Shown: positions 35,401 to 46,256, counted from the first letter of the stretch. The stretch: 64,000 nt of DNA from a virus (IMGVR_UViG_3300021255_001723:6576-70575), one strand, 5' to 3'. The notes: generated by a model not told the origin, from the sequence alone. Numbers and translations are program-made.

Positions 35401-38400
35401 AAGAAATATGAAAACGACGAAGTAGGCCAGAATGGCTGGAAAGCTCTCATCTCCAATAGTGAAGAAGAAGCAAGGAAGAAGCTGAACGATGAAGAGTTCA
35501 AGCAATGGAAGCTTGTTCAGGATAAGAAGAACGCCGAACTGAAGAAAATCAACTCCCAGAGGGAAAGAACGGAACTTGACTATCAGAAGCAGCAGATTGA
35601 CTCTATGCGTGACTATCTGAAAGAGTACGGTACTTTCCAACAGCAGAAACTTGCCATTGCACAAGAGTACGCTGAAAAGATTGCAGAAGCAGAAGGTGCA
35701 GGTAATAGAGGAGAGGTGATGAGACTAAAAGCCGAACGTGACAGTCAGGTTGCAACGGCAAACGCCAAAGCGCTTGCTATGGACATCGACTGGAATCAGA
35801 CCTTCAGCGGACTCGGAAATGTTCTTGAAGAGATTGCAAAGGACACGCTCGATAAAGTCAACCAGTATATGGAAACCGCCGACTTCAAGGGGTTGGCGGC
35901 AGATGCAAAGCAGGCCTACCAAGACCTGAAGAAGCAACTCATCGATGCCGGTGGACAGAAAGCATCCAATCCTTTCTCCAAGGGAATGTGGGATGAAATC
36001 GGAAAACTCACTACCCAATATAAGACAAAGGTGAAGGCTCTCGCCGATGCCTCAGAGAAGCACGCCAAGGACACCGAGAAATACAACAAGGCTCTTGACA
36101 CGGAGGTTAAGGCGCAGGAGAAGCTTGCTAAAGCAAAAGAAGACCAGGCCAACCATGCTGGTGATGAAAAGTACGAACGTGCCGTGGAGGAAGCTAACCT
36201 CGACCTCGCTGACGCTTCTGCAAAGGCAAAGAATGCTCTTGAGGAATGGATGGATTCAGGTGAGGAGGTGAAGAACCAGCAGCAGGGTGTTTATGACACA
36301 CAGCAAAAGCTGGGTCAGGCAACCGACTCAGCAGAGCAAGGTCTTAACAACTTTAACACGGTTGTCAGTCAACTGACCAGCGGAACACTTGTAGGTTTTG
36401 CTGATGGTATTGCAAATATCATCATGGCTATCACGAAAAGTGGAGACCAAATGGAAGGTATTGGTGGACTCTTCGGTGAAGCAGGAAAGCAGATAGGCGG
36501 TATCGTTGGTGCCATCCTGTCAATCATCGATATGCTCGGCACAGACCCTGCCAAGTTCATCACCGACATTCTCGACAAGATATCGCAAGTAATCGAGGCA
36601 ATTATCTCAAACATTCCTCAGATTATCGGCGCCATCATACAGGGTATCGGCAACATCATTGCTGGCGTGTTCAAAGGTTTAGGCTCCCTATTCGGATTAG
36701 ATATAGGTGGCAAGGATAACCATGAGGAAATGCTGAAGCGTCAGAAGGAATACACCCGAAGCATTGAATCTTCATCAAGGGCTTTGGAAAAGTTCACGAC
36801 GGAACTGGAAAGAAGCTACGGTATCGTTGCAATGCAGAACGCCAAGAAGGGTGAGGAGATTATCCGTAAGAACATGGAGTCAATCGTGAATGGTATCGAC
36901 TCGGTTCTTAGCGATAACTACGGTGGCGGTCACTCCGATTACTACCACGTCAACAAACAGCAGGACGTGTTGCAAGGAATACTTCGGTATGGACAGGCGA
37001 ACGGCATCAAGGCTGGCAGCGTAGGCTCATGGCAAGACCTTCTGACCATGAATACCTCCGAGGCACTTGCCAAGACCTTCAAGGTTATCAGCGAGAGCGG
37101 TGACGACCTTTGGCGCAAGATTACCACGATGGGCTACAATGAAGGCGCTCTTGAAGAATGGATAGAGAAGCTTATCGACGCCTATGACCAGATAGACGAG
37201 AACAATAAGCAGTTGATGGAGCAGCTGACCACCACGACTGCAGACAACGTTTATGATGATTTCCTTAATTCTCTCTACGACCTTGCCGATGGTTCGGAGG
37301 ATGTTACGAAGAACATTGCCGAGGATTGGCAGAAGATGGTCAACCGCATGGTTGTCAACAACCTTATCGGCGGCAAGATGCGCGAGGAGCTGGAGGCATG
37401 GTACAAGGAACTCTATGACTTGCAGACTGCTCGCTCAGAAGGCCGTATAACTAACTACAGCTATGAGGTTTCTCTCAATGAGTTGCAAAAGAAATACAAT
37501 GAAATCATTGAGAATGGCAAGTCGCAGGTTCAGCAATTTACGGAGGACGGTATCATCAAACCCATCAGTGAAGCAACCGATGAGGTGAAGAAATACTTTG
37601 AAGACCTCCGTGACAGCTGGGCATCCACCTTGACGGACATGACCGCCACCACCGAGGACTGGAAGAACGAACTGATAGACCAGGTTCTTTCTGATTTAGT
37701 GGAGAGCACGATTCTGAACGCTCCGCTGGCCGTGATGGTTGACGGTGCAGAGAAGCAGTTCGACGACTTCAAAAAGTATCTTGAAGACTGGACTGGCCGC
37801 TATAAAGCAATCATCGAGGACCAGACGCTCACCGATGAAGAGCGGACGGCGCGGCTGAAATCCATGATCCAGGAGCAGACCGATGTGCGCGAGGTGCAGG
37901 CCGAACGCTCACGGGCACTGGCCGAAGGAATCGGCAAGGACATGAAGGAAGCCTTCAGCAACTCCCTCGACAACCTCGGCGACACGCTTCTTGACGCTCT
38001 GCTCAATACCGAGAAGGATGCGGAAAGCATGGGTAGGGAGATTGCCAGCACGCTCATCAAGGAAATGCTCCAGACGATGCTTGCCTCGGAGAAATACTCC
38101 AGCGAGATTGCCAAGATAAAGGAGAAGTGGCAGCAGGTTCTCACGGGTAAGAATACCGACGAGGAGGGTAATATCCTCTTCACGATGGACGATGTGCTGC
38201 AGCAGGTTTCCGACCTGAACGACACCATAGCCAACGACGAGGCCATCAAGTCGCTTGCCGGACAGTACCAGGAGCTGAACAAGCAGATAAAGAACACCGA
38301 CAGTCTCTTCGGCAGCATCAAGGACACCTTTGCCAGTTCCATGATGGACATGAACAAAACCGCTGACGAAATGGCCTCCGACATCGGGCAGACGATAGCC

Positions 38401-39567
38401 AAGAACATCATCGAGCAGATGGTTGTATCGTCTGCCGTGAAGCCGCTGGTTGACAACCTGCAGAAAGCCTTTGACGCGGCAAACGTGGAAGGGGCAACCT
38501 ACAGCAGTGTAATCGGTGATGAAGCAGTGCAGAACGCATTGGCGGAACTGAAGAATGCTTTCCCCGGACTGCAGGAAACAGCCAAGGGTATCATGACGGG
38601 TCTCGGCGTGAAGATGAACGAGACTGCAAAGCAAGGTTTCTCCGACCTGAAGGGAACCTTCATCAATACGCTTACCGACATGGATGCCGATGCAGAAACC
38701 CTCGGCAAGAACCTCGGCAAGTCCATGATGGAGCAGATGCTCAACGCCATGGTCGAGAAGGAATACAAGGATGACCTGAAGAAAATCAACGACGAATGGG
38801 CCGATGCCCTGGAAGCTGGTGACCCCGCAAGGCTTGAAGCCATCAAGCAGAAAGCGGAAGACCTCTTTGCCACCATCGAGAACGACCAGTCCATCAAGAA
38901 GCTGGCCGATGAGATTAAGTCTCTGACCGATAGCACTTCGGCCTCTCCCTTTGACAACCTCCGCTCCTCTTTCCTCTCTGCCCTGACGGACATGAGCAAG
39001 TCGACGGCGGACTTCACGAAGGACATCAGCACGATGATTGCGCAGTCGTTCGTGGACTCGTTCGTGATGGGCGACCTGTTCGATGAGAAGCTGGCCAAGT
39101 GGAAGAAGAAGTACAAGGAAATCACTACCGACAGCAGCCTCTCCGAGGAGCAGCGCATGAAGCAGCTGAAAGGCCTCTCGGAACTGATTGCCGGAGAGCG
39201 TGACGCCATGAAGGACGAGGTAAACGACATCTACAAGATGCTCGGAATCCGTGAAGGGCAAGACCAGAGTGCCACGATGAACATGGCCGAGGCGGCCACC
39301 TACGACCAGTTCGAGCTGTACCTTGGCATGGAGACCTCGCACCTGATGGTGGCCGAGGAGACGAAAGGCCTTGTCGCACAGGTTCTCTCCACCCTTCAGG
39401 GGATGAGCAGCCTTACCAACCCCTCTCAGAACTACGGCGAGCAGATATTCATGCGGCTGGGTACCACCAACGAGTACCTGCTGGCGGTGAAGAAAGCAGC
39501 CGAGGGAATACGTGCAGAGTTTGCGCTGAAACTCGATTTAATGAACTCACATTTAAGTAAACTTTGA
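32479..39567 (+). CDS. Tape measure protein
   Basis: 2362 aa, helical; N-terminal AAKTPFDL...AKQLLAYG...RQFMGRGIP tape-measure domain. Confidence 0.93.
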   Translation: MALKFEITGDNSNVLSSLDGVRTGVRRTAKEVEQQGMGIEDMFKRIGEAAGVAFSLDMAKRFVDTIMSVRGQFQQLEIAFSTMLQSEEKANALMKQLVDTAAKTPFDLKGVAEGAKQLLAYGTAAEDINETITRLGDIAAGLSIPLGDLVYLFGTTMTQGRMFTMDLRQFMGRGIPMAEELAKQFGVTKNEVAGLVTAGKVSAEAVKKAIWSMTEEGSKFGGLMAKQSASITGQISNIEDAIDEMFNEMGKKSEEAINAGLSGVSLLVENWETVGKAILAAAETFGIYKATLMGMTAYNSAATNIAYDAEIASLSKLLPLKEEEMNVDLRIAVAEGRLSQSKAEMIASMRAELSEQLRVLAAKEAAATANYKIALEEHLLAQRNMAVAQSQVKIALETGTAEEIAAAKRGAATAKLELQNAAIAKNTAHKELNAIATQREALANGLDAASSAGATASTGLLTQAKLALKRAVDAVNKSFLASPLFWIAATITAVTFAVYKLATAESEHERAVRKANEAIDEQDKKISERKDEIDKLVRTIQDETATEYEKVKAYNKLKNIAPQITEEYSRQELAAMKAAESQTKFNESLENMEVNDVKKHIAELQQNIGGFDQTLQKALANSGGGQGAAAISEMAYEQLRQWEEELKIYQAKLNEMELARKQAADEARPIEIRIKEAQENVDAMQSIHDFYEKAMDLAEHFQEANDEINYVTAQNNVDEFIQTSEAELADMKRQIEENPTDYKLQLEYEEKQKILNGIIDMKNQMKASGATTIPLFFKMDYQSFQNAWNAVNNQLQTLVGQTAGGGATTLLQDFTAAQKRYQAALKNLANMEANRAKYTKAQYEEAKTELKDAKKGYEDLGGDTSNRSAKKAASAAKSAKKEADRKAKEEADRQARERAEAMKHEDEMVKLGQEAERAKADARIAAIRFNSQREQAEREEQFKREEEDVKRQADEVYKNIYEQRKRAYENTNKDKKYENDEVGQNGWKALISNSEEEARKKLNDEEFKQWKLVQDKKNAELKKINSQRERTELDYQKQQIDSMRDYLKEYGTFQQQKLAIAQEYAEKIAEAEGAGNRGEVMRLKAERDSQVATANAKALAMDIDWNQTFSGLGNVLEEIAKDTLDKVNQYMETADFKGLAADAKQAYQDLKKQLIDAGGQKASNPFSKGMWDEIGKLTTQYKTKVKALADASEKHAKDTEKYNKALDTEVKAQEKLAKAKEDQANHAGDEKYERAVEEANLDLADASAKAKNALEEWMDSGEEVKNQQQGVYDTQQKLGQATDSAEQGLNNFNTVVSQLTSGTLVGFADGIANIIMAITKSGDQMEGIGGLFGEAGKQIGGIVGAILSIIDMLGTDPAKFITDILDKISQVIEAIISNIPQIIGAIIQGIGNIIAGVFKGLGSLFGLDIGGKDNHEEMLKRQKEYTRSIESSSRALEKFTTELERSYGIVAMQNAKKGEEIIRKNMESIVNGIDSVLSDNYGGGHSDYYHVNKQQDVLQGILRYGQANGIKAGSVGSWQDLLTMNTSEALAKTFKVISESGDDLWRKITTMGYNEGALEEWIEKLIDAYDQIDENNKQLMEQLTTTTADNVYDDFLNSLYDLADGSEDVTKNIAEDWQKMVNRMVVNNLIGGKMREELEAWYKELYDLQTARSEGRITNYSYEVSLNELQKKYNEIIENGKSQVQQFTEDGIIKPISEATDEVKKYFEDLRDSWASTLTDMTATTEDWKNELIDQVLSDLVESTILNAPLAVMVDGAEKQFDDFKKYLEDWTGRYKAIIEDQTLTDEERTARLKSMIQEQTDVREVQAERSRALAEGIGKDMKEAFSNSLDNLGDTLLDALLNTEKDAESMGREIASTLIKEMLQTMLASEKYSSEIAKIKEKWQQVLTGKNTDEEGNILFTMDDVLQQVSDLNDTIANDEAIKSLAGQYQELNKQIKNTDSLFGSIKDTFASSMMDMNKTADEMASDIGQTIAKNIIEQMVVSSAVKPLVDNLQKAFDAANVEGATYSSVIGDEAVQNALAELKNAFPGLQETAKGIMTGLGVKMNETAKQGFSDLKGTFINTLTDMDADAETLGKNLGKSMMEQMLNAMVEKEYKDDLKKINDEWADALEAGDPARLEAIKQKAEDLFATIENDQSIKKLADEIKSLTDSTSASPFDNLRSSFLSALTDMSKSTADFTKDISTMIAQSFVDSFVMGDLFDEKLAKWKKKYKEITTDSSLSEEQRMKQLKGLSELIAGERDAMKDEVNDIYKMLGIREGQDQSATMNMAEAATYDQFELYLGMETSHLMVAEETKGLVAQVLSTLQGMSSLTNPSQNYGEQIFMRLGTTNEYLLAVKKAAEGIRAEFALKLDLMNSHLSKL

Positions 39568-39568
39568 T

Positions 39569-40120
39569 ATGCCACAGGGAGAATTATTTATACGCACAAA
39601 GCGCACCCTCCAGCTGACGAGCGGTGCCGTGGGACTGATAACCACAAGGCCTACTGGCTGGGGAACACCCGAGAGCGGCGACAGCGGCAACGGATGGGTA
39701 GATGCCTACCTTCGCTACGGATTGTCTTTGGAGAAAGGGGCAAGGAGCAAGCTGCTCACGCCCATGCCGATGAAGACACCGACCAACGCCACAAGTCCAA
39801 GCCTGAACGGTGTGGCCTTCAGCGGTGACGCCATAGGCAAGACGGACAAGCACGAGTTCTCGTTTGACGTGCACATCGTGGCTCCCAGCGAGTCTGCGTT
39901 CCTTGACAGGTACGACCTTTTTTGCCAAGAAGTGCTAAGAGGCCAGTATTTTCAGCTGCGCATATCGAAGAGGCCGGAGGATGTACGTCATCTTCTCTAC
40001 GACGGGTGTGAGCCTTTCGAGGAATTCAGACTGGAGATGGGCAAGTTTACGCTGTCGGTGACTGAGCCGCACCCAGAGATAACCCAAGAATACGTTTCAC
40101 CTTTCTCGCATATATCATGA
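39569..40120 (+). CDS. Distal tail protein (probable)
   Basis: Directly after the tape measure gene. Confidence 0.55.
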   Translation: MPQGELFIRTKRTLQLTSGAVGLITTRPTGWGTPESGDSGNGWVDAYLRYGLSLEKGARSKLLTPMPMKTPTNATSPSLNGVAFSGDAIGKTDKHEFSFDVHIVAPSESAFLDRYDLFCQEVLRGQYFQLRISKRPEDVRHLLYDGCEPFEEFRLEMGKFTLSVTEPHPEITQEYVSPFSHIS

Positions 40121-43100
40121 CTATTAACGGAACGGACATAGACATCAGCGGCGTAACCCCTCTTGTGGACTTCCTGACGGGAGGCGGGGCAGGCGGGAAC
40201 CAGATAGACTCTGGCTCGTTTGAGCAGAACATCAATGGCGACGGAAAGCTTTCCCTTTCGTGGCATAGCAATACTGGAGGCGGCATCAATGCAGGAACCG
40301 TGGTGACGGTAGACCCCGACGGCAAGGCTCTCAAGTATTACATGCAGGACAACTACACGCCTACACCCAACGGCGACGGAACCTATACTTGGTCGCCATC
40401 GTTTGTAAGCGTTGACGAGCAGCTGAAGGGAATACTGGTGTATAAGGAGATAACCGTTTACCGTAATGACACGGTGAACAACAAGGCAGAGACAAAGACC
40501 ACTAAGGATATCAAAATCTACACTTTCCCGTATTACGGACAGCTGGACAATTTGGTTACCCTGCTAAACGGATGCGAAGGTGCTCCAGAAAACGTTGTGC
40601 AGATAGGAGAGGGTATTCAGAACCACTCGATTAACGTGAATGTCAGCTTCGACCAAGATAACCTTGTCTCTGCGGCTCAGAAGATTGCCAGCGCCCTCGG
40701 AACAACGACCACCATTATTGACGGAGTGATAACCATCGGCCCGAGGACTGCGCTTGCCGTTTCGGAGCACTATGACCGCTTTGTTGTCTTCGGAGGTACG
40801 AGGAATATGGGCAAGCATATCGTTGAAGGAGATGACACCTATGCCGCAGTGTCGTTCCGTCTTACTCTGCCTGAAGAATATGCTGACAGCGTTTTGCCGA
40901 AAGACCAGCCTGCCGAGGGACACATGTCAAAAATCCTCATCTTCGATGATATCTATCCCGAGATGAAGCTAACCATCAGTGGGGTTAGAAAGCGTGTCTG
41001 CTACCTGTTCGATGAGAGCGGCAATAAGATTGTTACCGTTAAAGATGGGCAGGAAGTTGAGAAGACGTACACGAAATACTACATCACGCTTAACCTTAAT
41101 GACCAGTTGTACAGGATAAACGTGAAGAGTGTTATTGAGGGCAGGACGCTCGGTATCGTGTTCCAGACAGGACTGCTTGCAGGACGCGAGTTTGACCTTG
41201 CCTACTATGAGCGAGACGACAGCTCGGAATACAACTCGACCGAAGATACGGCCAGCAGTTGGACAACACTGGCTGGAGAATACCGCATTTGTATTGTTGC
41301 CGACGGCGACACACTGCTACCGAATGAAACACTTGAACCAAAGGTAGGTGATGTGGTGACGCTTACAGGCGTGGCGTTGGATGGAACGTATGAGTTGGAA
41401 GCGAAGAATCGCCTTCTTGCCGCTGCCCAGCCGATAGTTGACCTCTACATGAATCCCCGTGAGACTGAAGTCACGGTATCTTCCAGCGAGGAAGAGGTCA
41501 TTACGGACTTCATGACGGGCGAAACGCAGTCGGTTAGTCCTGGAGAAAGCCACAGCGACCCGTCAGGCACAGGTGGCGACTATGTGGTGACAAGCGTGAC
41601 CACCGACTTGCTCTCGGGAAAGCAGACAGTACGCTATGGAACCTTCGAACCCGAAGGTAAGGTTGCTTCAATGGCCAACCAGCTTCAGACCGCTACAGTC
41701 GGCACAAGCGGAGCAACCGTAGGGCAACCAAGCGAAGACTATATCCGTCACACCGCTGCCATGAGCCTCGATCAGTTCAAGACGCTGTTTGAAATCTACG
41801 GCCACCTCGGCATGAAGACCGTGAACAATCGTGTAAATGACACCAACGTTATTGTAAACACCCTTCGGGAAACAATGAACGATGTGGTGGAACAGGCCGA
41901 CAAGAAGTTCGACATCTGGTTTCTTGAAGGCATGCCACAGCCTTACTATGACGAAGAGAATGAAACGATTGTAGGCACGGCTAACTTTCCTGCTTCTGAA
42001 TGGGCAACCAACGAGGAGAAGGAGCAGCACCTTCAGGATATCTGCTACGACAAGACACGTCCTGCCGACGGGACTGGCGGAATGGTATGGCGATGGGAGA
42101 AGGTTGGCAACGCCTATTGCTGGAAACTCGTATCTGACAACGATACCATTGCAGCGCTTACACAGCTGGCCGACCTCTCCAAAGACAATATCCTCACTCC
42201 GTCAGAGAAGCTTGCGCTTCGTCGGGAGTGGGACAATATGATAGAGGAACTTGCCGACCTTGTAGGGCAGAGCGAGGACAACGACATCAGCGCCACCGAG
42301 TATGTCTGCGCCTATTATAGCCTGTGGTCATTCCTGAACACAAGCGGCCAGGCTACGATAGACAGCAACAAGTATATCGAGAATGCCTACAAGAAGCTGA
42401 CAGTCTCTCCCGTCAGCGTGTCGGATGCCATCACGCAGCTTGACGCATATCTGGCCGGTCATGATACCGATACTCAGATTAGCGGCATTGTAGCCAAGCT
42501 AAGAACGGGCACCACCTCCAGCATCGAGGAAGCTACCGAAGGACTGAAGACCTACATGATGCGGACGATTGCTCCCACCATGATTGGCACACCAGGAAAC
42601 GGCTCCATCGACAACGCAGAGTACAACGAACTGCTGACCGCCTATAAGACGGCCAAGACCGAACTGATGACCGCCCTCTCGGAGAAATCCCTTGCCAAGC
42701 TTGACGATATGGCCTCAGACGGTGTACTTACCGACATAGAGAAACTGGCCGTTATCAGGGAATATGAGCGGATGGTGGAGGAAACGGTGGAACTTATTGC
42801 CCGTGCCGCCGAGGCAGGGCTTGATACCGATTCGGGTTCGGTGCAGTATCAGTACCGTGATGCCTATTCTGCCCTGTATGCCTATCTCGACGACCTAACG
42901 ACGGCTGTCTATACTGTGTTCAGCGACGACCTCAGCGAAGAGAGCAGCCCTGCCATGCTCTACAACGGGGCAGACTCGCAGATAACGGGAGCAACCTTCA
43001 CGGGACTTTGGTCAGCCTACTATGCAGCTGCCGCAGCACTCAGGCAGGCCATCCAGTCGAAGGGTGTGAAGGTGTTTGTAACCAACTCCCTGAGCGTGCC

Positions 43101-45198
43101 GCCAAACCCCGTACCACCGTATAAGGCTGGCGACCTGTGGGTGCATACCGACCAGAGCGGAAAGTCCGTGATAAGGATTTGTATCAGCGGAAGAACCAGC
43201 GGAAGCTTTGACTCTTCCGACTGGGTGGAGAACACCATCTACACCGACCCGAGGACTGTTCTTGCAGCACTTGCAGAGGAGGTGTTCAACGAGGTGGGTT
43301 CTTCAGCAAGTGGTAGCGTTACCGTTACCCTTAGTTCCAATAGCGGAGTGTCAGGAACTACGGGCGACTATTCCGCTTGGCTGACCGTCTTGCGTGCCAT
43401 GCTCGGAGATACATCTTTCACTATAGCGTGGGGAGATGGTGCGCCTTCGGGTACACCTAACCCTTATTCCTTGCATTGCCAGCGTGTAAGGTTCCGTACC
43501 TACACGGGCGGCATCAAGATAAGCATGTACAACGAGAATAGTGCATGGGAGGTTATCCAGCACTCTACGAGCGCACTGATAGATAACCTCGGCGATATGA
43601 TTAACCTCGTTGTATTCGGGGATTCCCAAAATGCGGGTAGTATCGACTCCTACGTTGAAGGTTCTGGAATTACTACGGCTCAGAACTTTATCCGAATGTT
43701 CTCAGAGGCACAGGTCTGGAACGGTGGTAGTAGCCCCGTTTCCGTGGCAGAGGCGATGTTTGGTTTGAGCGTGGACATAAAGTATGTGAATACGAATAAC
43801 CCGAGCGATGAAAAGACTCCAGCCGAATACGACGCTCTGACACCCACTCAGAAGGCCAACTATAAGATGGTGTATGATAGCACGGCTAAACTGAGCGCTG
43901 ACAAGATAGAGTTCACGGGAAAGACGATAGACCTTAACGCTGGGCAGATTGGATGGAATGGTCAAAATATTAACGTGGGTGCAAGTCAGTCTTTGACCTT
44001 CACTTGTGGCGGTTCAAATAGTGGTGGAACTGACACCCGTGGTAGTATCGTTTTCAGCGGTGGAAAGATAGACTTTCATTCCGCATCTCAGATAAACCTT
44101 AATGCTGCCGAAATCAATCTCAATGCCGATAAGATTAACTGGAAGCCAGACCAGCAGACAGGTTACAACGGAACCATCATCACAGGCAACGTCATTAACG
44201 AGCAGGGGCAGCAAACGCAAGCTACGGAGGTAAAGTTTGAGGTCAGTGATAACGGCGACATCACAATGCGTAATGCCTACATTCATGGAACGCTTTACGC
44301 CAAAGCTGGAAAGATAGGCGGCACCCTGTCAGACAATAACGGATGGATTATTGCCACTAATCAGATTTCAAACGGAAACATTGGCGACGACGGTAGTATG
44401 TTCCTCTCTACTACCAATCTCTCGGGAACCATAGCAGGTGTAACCCCTTCTGGTAGTAAAGGATGGCGTTTGACCGTAGGCTCTAAGTTCGGTGTACAAA
44501 ACGATGGCACATTGGTTGCTGCTGGCGACTTCAGAACCGCAGGAGGAAAAATTCAGTTGGCAGAGACAAACAAAGGTACCTACGATTGGTTTGGTATGGC
44601 GTATGTTGGCTCTGGAAGAGCTGATGCCCTTGCCATTGGTATGCGTGACTATCGTAACGATAATTATAGCGGACACCTCGCTCTTTGTGGAGATGGTGAT
44701 TACTCGGGTATCTTTGATGTTGAAGCAGGCGGAAACAGCGAAAACAAAAGCTTGCTTAAAATGGGACGCTCCATCAGTAATTATGGCATTGAAATTGACG
44801 GGGTAAATAAATACATCAAGATTGGTAGTTATGGTAGTTATGCGCAACCAGCTAACTATATAACTTTTGAATACGACAGCACTTTAGGTAAGGGAAACAT
44901 ATCAGCAACGGGCAATCTTACAATCGGAGGAAAGGCCACGATTAGCGGAGGAATGATAGTCCCAGGGATGATAATAAACCCGCCATCAAGCCATACTGTC
45001 TATCTCCCGACTAATCCAACTGTAGGAGAGATGTACATCATAAAGGCAAAAGAATCTGGTGATATTACGATAGATGGACACGGCAACTTAGTTACGTCCA
45101 GTTCGACTTTTGGAGGACACTCAGATGTAAATGTAGGAGAAAGGGCAGCTCTTGTTATCTGGGACGGGAGCAGGTGGATTCTGCATGTCTCTTATTAA
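40117..45198 (+). CDS. Baseplate hub/central tail fibre protein
   Basis: 1693 aa; FGGTRNM, DDIYP, FQTGLLAGREF motifs; helical repeats; Gly-rich beta C-terminus. Confidence 0.75.
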   Translation: MTINGTDIDISGVTPLVDFLTGGGAGGNQIDSGSFEQNINGDGKLSLSWHSNTGGGINAGTVVTVDPDGKALKYYMQDNYTPTPNGDGTYTWSPSFVSVDEQLKGILVYKEITVYRNDTVNNKAETKTTKDIKIYTFPYYGQLDNLVTLLNGCEGAPENVVQIGEGIQNHSINVNVSFDQDNLVSAAQKIASALGTTTTIIDGVITIGPRTALAVSEHYDRFVVFGGTRNMGKHIVEGDDTYAAVSFRLTLPEEYADSVLPKDQPAEGHMSKILIFDDIYPEMKLTISGVRKRVCYLFDESGNKIVTVKDGQEVEKTYTKYYITLNLNDQLYRINVKSVIEGRTLGIVFQTGLLAGREFDLAYYERDDSSEYNSTEDTASSWTTLAGEYRICIVADGDTLLPNETLEPKVGDVVTLTGVALDGTYELEAKNRLLAAAQPIVDLYMNPRETEVTVSSSEEEVITDFMTGETQSVSPGESHSDPSGTGGDYVVTSVTTDLLSGKQTVRYGTFEPEGKVASMANQLQTATVGTSGATVGQPSEDYIRHTAAMSLDQFKTLFEIYGHLGMKTVNNRVNDTNVIVNTLRETMNDVVEQADKKFDIWFLEGMPQPYYDEENETIVGTANFPASEWATNEEKEQHLQDICYDKTRPADGTGGMVWRWEKVGNAYCWKLVSDNDTIAALTQLADLSKDNILTPSEKLALRREWDNMIEELADLVGQSEDNDISATEYVCAYYSLWSFLNTSGQATIDSNKYIENAYKKLTVSPVSVSDAITQLDAYLAGHDTDTQISGIVAKLRTGTTSSIEEATEGLKTYMMRTIAPTMIGTPGNGSIDNAEYNELLTAYKTAKTELMTALSEKSLAKLDDMASDGVLTDIEKLAVIREYERMVEETVELIARAAEAGLDTDSGSVQYQYRDAYSALYAYLDDLTTAVYTVFSDDLSEESSPAMLYNGADSQITGATFTGLWSAYYAAAAALRQAIQSKGVKVFVTNSLSVPPNPVPPYKAGDLWVHTDQSGKSVIRICISGRTSGSFDSSDWVENTIYTDPRTVLAALAEEVFNEVGSSASGSVTVTLSSNSGVSGTTGDYSAWLTVLRAMLGDTSFTIAWGDGAPSGTPNPYSLHCQRVRFRTYTGGIKISMYNENSAWEVIQHSTSALIDNLGDMINLVVFGDSQNAGSIDSYVEGSGITTAQNFIRMFSEAQVWNGGSSPVSVAEAMFGLSVDIKYVNTNNPSDEKTPAEYDALTPTQKANYKMVYDSTAKLSADKIEFTGKTIDLNAGQIGWNGQNINVGASQSLTFTCGGSNSGGTDTRGSIVFSGGKIDFHSASQINLNAAEINLNADKINWKPDQQTGYNGTIITGNVINEQGQQTQATEVKFEVSDNGDITMRNAYIHGTLYAKAGKIGGTLSDNNGWIIATNQISNGNIGDDGSMFLSTTNLSGTIAGVTPSGSKGWRLTVGSKFGVQNDGTLVAAGDFRTAGGKIQLAETNKGTYDWFGMAYVGSGRADALAIGMRDYRNDNYSGHLALCGDGDYSGIFDVEAGGNSENKSLLKMGRSISNYGIEIDGVNKYIKIGSYGSYAQPANYITFEYDSTLGKGNISATGNLTIGGKATISGGMIVPGMIINPPSSHTVYLPTNPTVGEMYIIKAKESGDITIDGHGNLVTSSSTFGGHSDVNVGERAALVIWDGSRWILHVSY

Positions 45199-45258
45199 TC
45201 AGACTCTAATTGCCCTTCAATCAGACTTTAAATGAGGTTCAAATAAACTTTAAATGGT

Positions 45259-45528
45259 ATGAAAATAGACTTTACAGCAATCGAGGTGCCAGTATCGTTC
45301 GACGGCACGACACAGCGGTTCAACATCGCTGAGGTGATAGGTAATGCAATGATGTTCAACGGGAGCATTATTGCCGACATCGGGTTTGAAGAACTGGCCA
45401 AGGAAATCTACTATTCCAAAGGAGAGGTAGAGGTTCCAGAGAAGTACGCCCGGTTCATCGTACAAATCGTGATGGGCAGCACCTTACCTGCCTGCATCAA
45501 GCGCTATATAAGAGATACATTGAAATGA
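45259..45528 (+). CDS. hypothetical tail-associated protein
   Basis: ORF in tail module. Confidence 0.65.
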   Translation: MKIDFTAIEVPVSFDGTTQRFNIAEVIGNAMMFNGSIIADIGFEELAKEIYYSKGEVEVPEKYARFIVQIVMGSTLPACIKRYIRDTLK

Positions 45529-45743
45529 GCGAGACCCGCAAGAACACGAACTTTGTCATCGATAGGCGGCGTTCCTACGAGAACGGAGCAACGATGCTGA
45601 CAATCAGGATGATTAACAGCGACAGGGTACGATTAGAGACCAACGAACTGCCAAACATCTTGAACACCCTCACGCTCAGCGGCTATCTCGACGCAAGCGC
45701 ATCATCGGGATTTGATTACGAATTTGATTTGGTATTTGATTAA
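45525..45743 (+). CDS. hypothetical protein
   Basis: ATGA overlap. Confidence 0.6.
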   Translation: MSETRKNTNFVIDRRRSYENGATMLTIRMINSDRVRLETNELPNILNTLTLSGYLDASASSGFDYEFDLVFD

Positions 45744-45755
45744 AACGGAAAGTAT

Positions 45756-46244
45756 ATGTTCAACGGACTGAATAACAAGGAGACCAACGGCGGTATGTCG
45801 GCACGCGGCAAACTCACTTCTGCCGAGTGGAACGAGTTTATTAACGAGTTGATAGCGGAGCTGAATAAGCGCATCCTGTATATCGTATTGAATGGCACAA
45901 CTTATCAGCCAGACGGAAACGGACGGGTTAACCTCGGCCAGATTCAGATTGACGTGGATGCTGCGCTGAGCACCACGAGCAACAACCCCGTGCGCAACTC
46001 GGTGATAACACGGGAAATACAGTCGTTAATAACAAACCTAAATGACAAGGTATCATCTGTTTTACTTAATGGAATGCTTCATGAGTCAATAAACGGAATT
46101 GTTGACCTTGGCTCGATAATATCAGCAGTAAGTTATGAGTTGTCTGTTAATTCTGAAGGGCAACTCATCATTACTTACGCATCTTCATCAAATGATTTTA
46201 CTATGGAAGTAAATAATGACGGAGAATTATTAATAACATATTAA
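45756..46244 (+). CDS. hypothetical tail-associated protein
   Basis: Repeated LNG...G.V.LG motifs. Confidence 0.65.
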   Translation: MFNGLNNKETNGGMSARGKLTSAEWNEFINELIAELNKRILYIVLNGTTYQPDGNGRVNLGQIQIDVDAALSTTSNNPVRNSVITREIQSLITNLNDKVSSVLLNGMLHESINGIVDLGSIISAVSYELSVNSEGQLIITYASSSNDFTMEVNNDGELLITY

Positions 46245-46256
46245 ATTAATGGAAAT

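Noticed and set aside
37909-39342. 477-aa antisense ORF, and similar ones at 28481-29407, 15259-16098 and 52389-53243
   Set aside because: Shadows of biased-codon sense genes; no motifs or expression signals.
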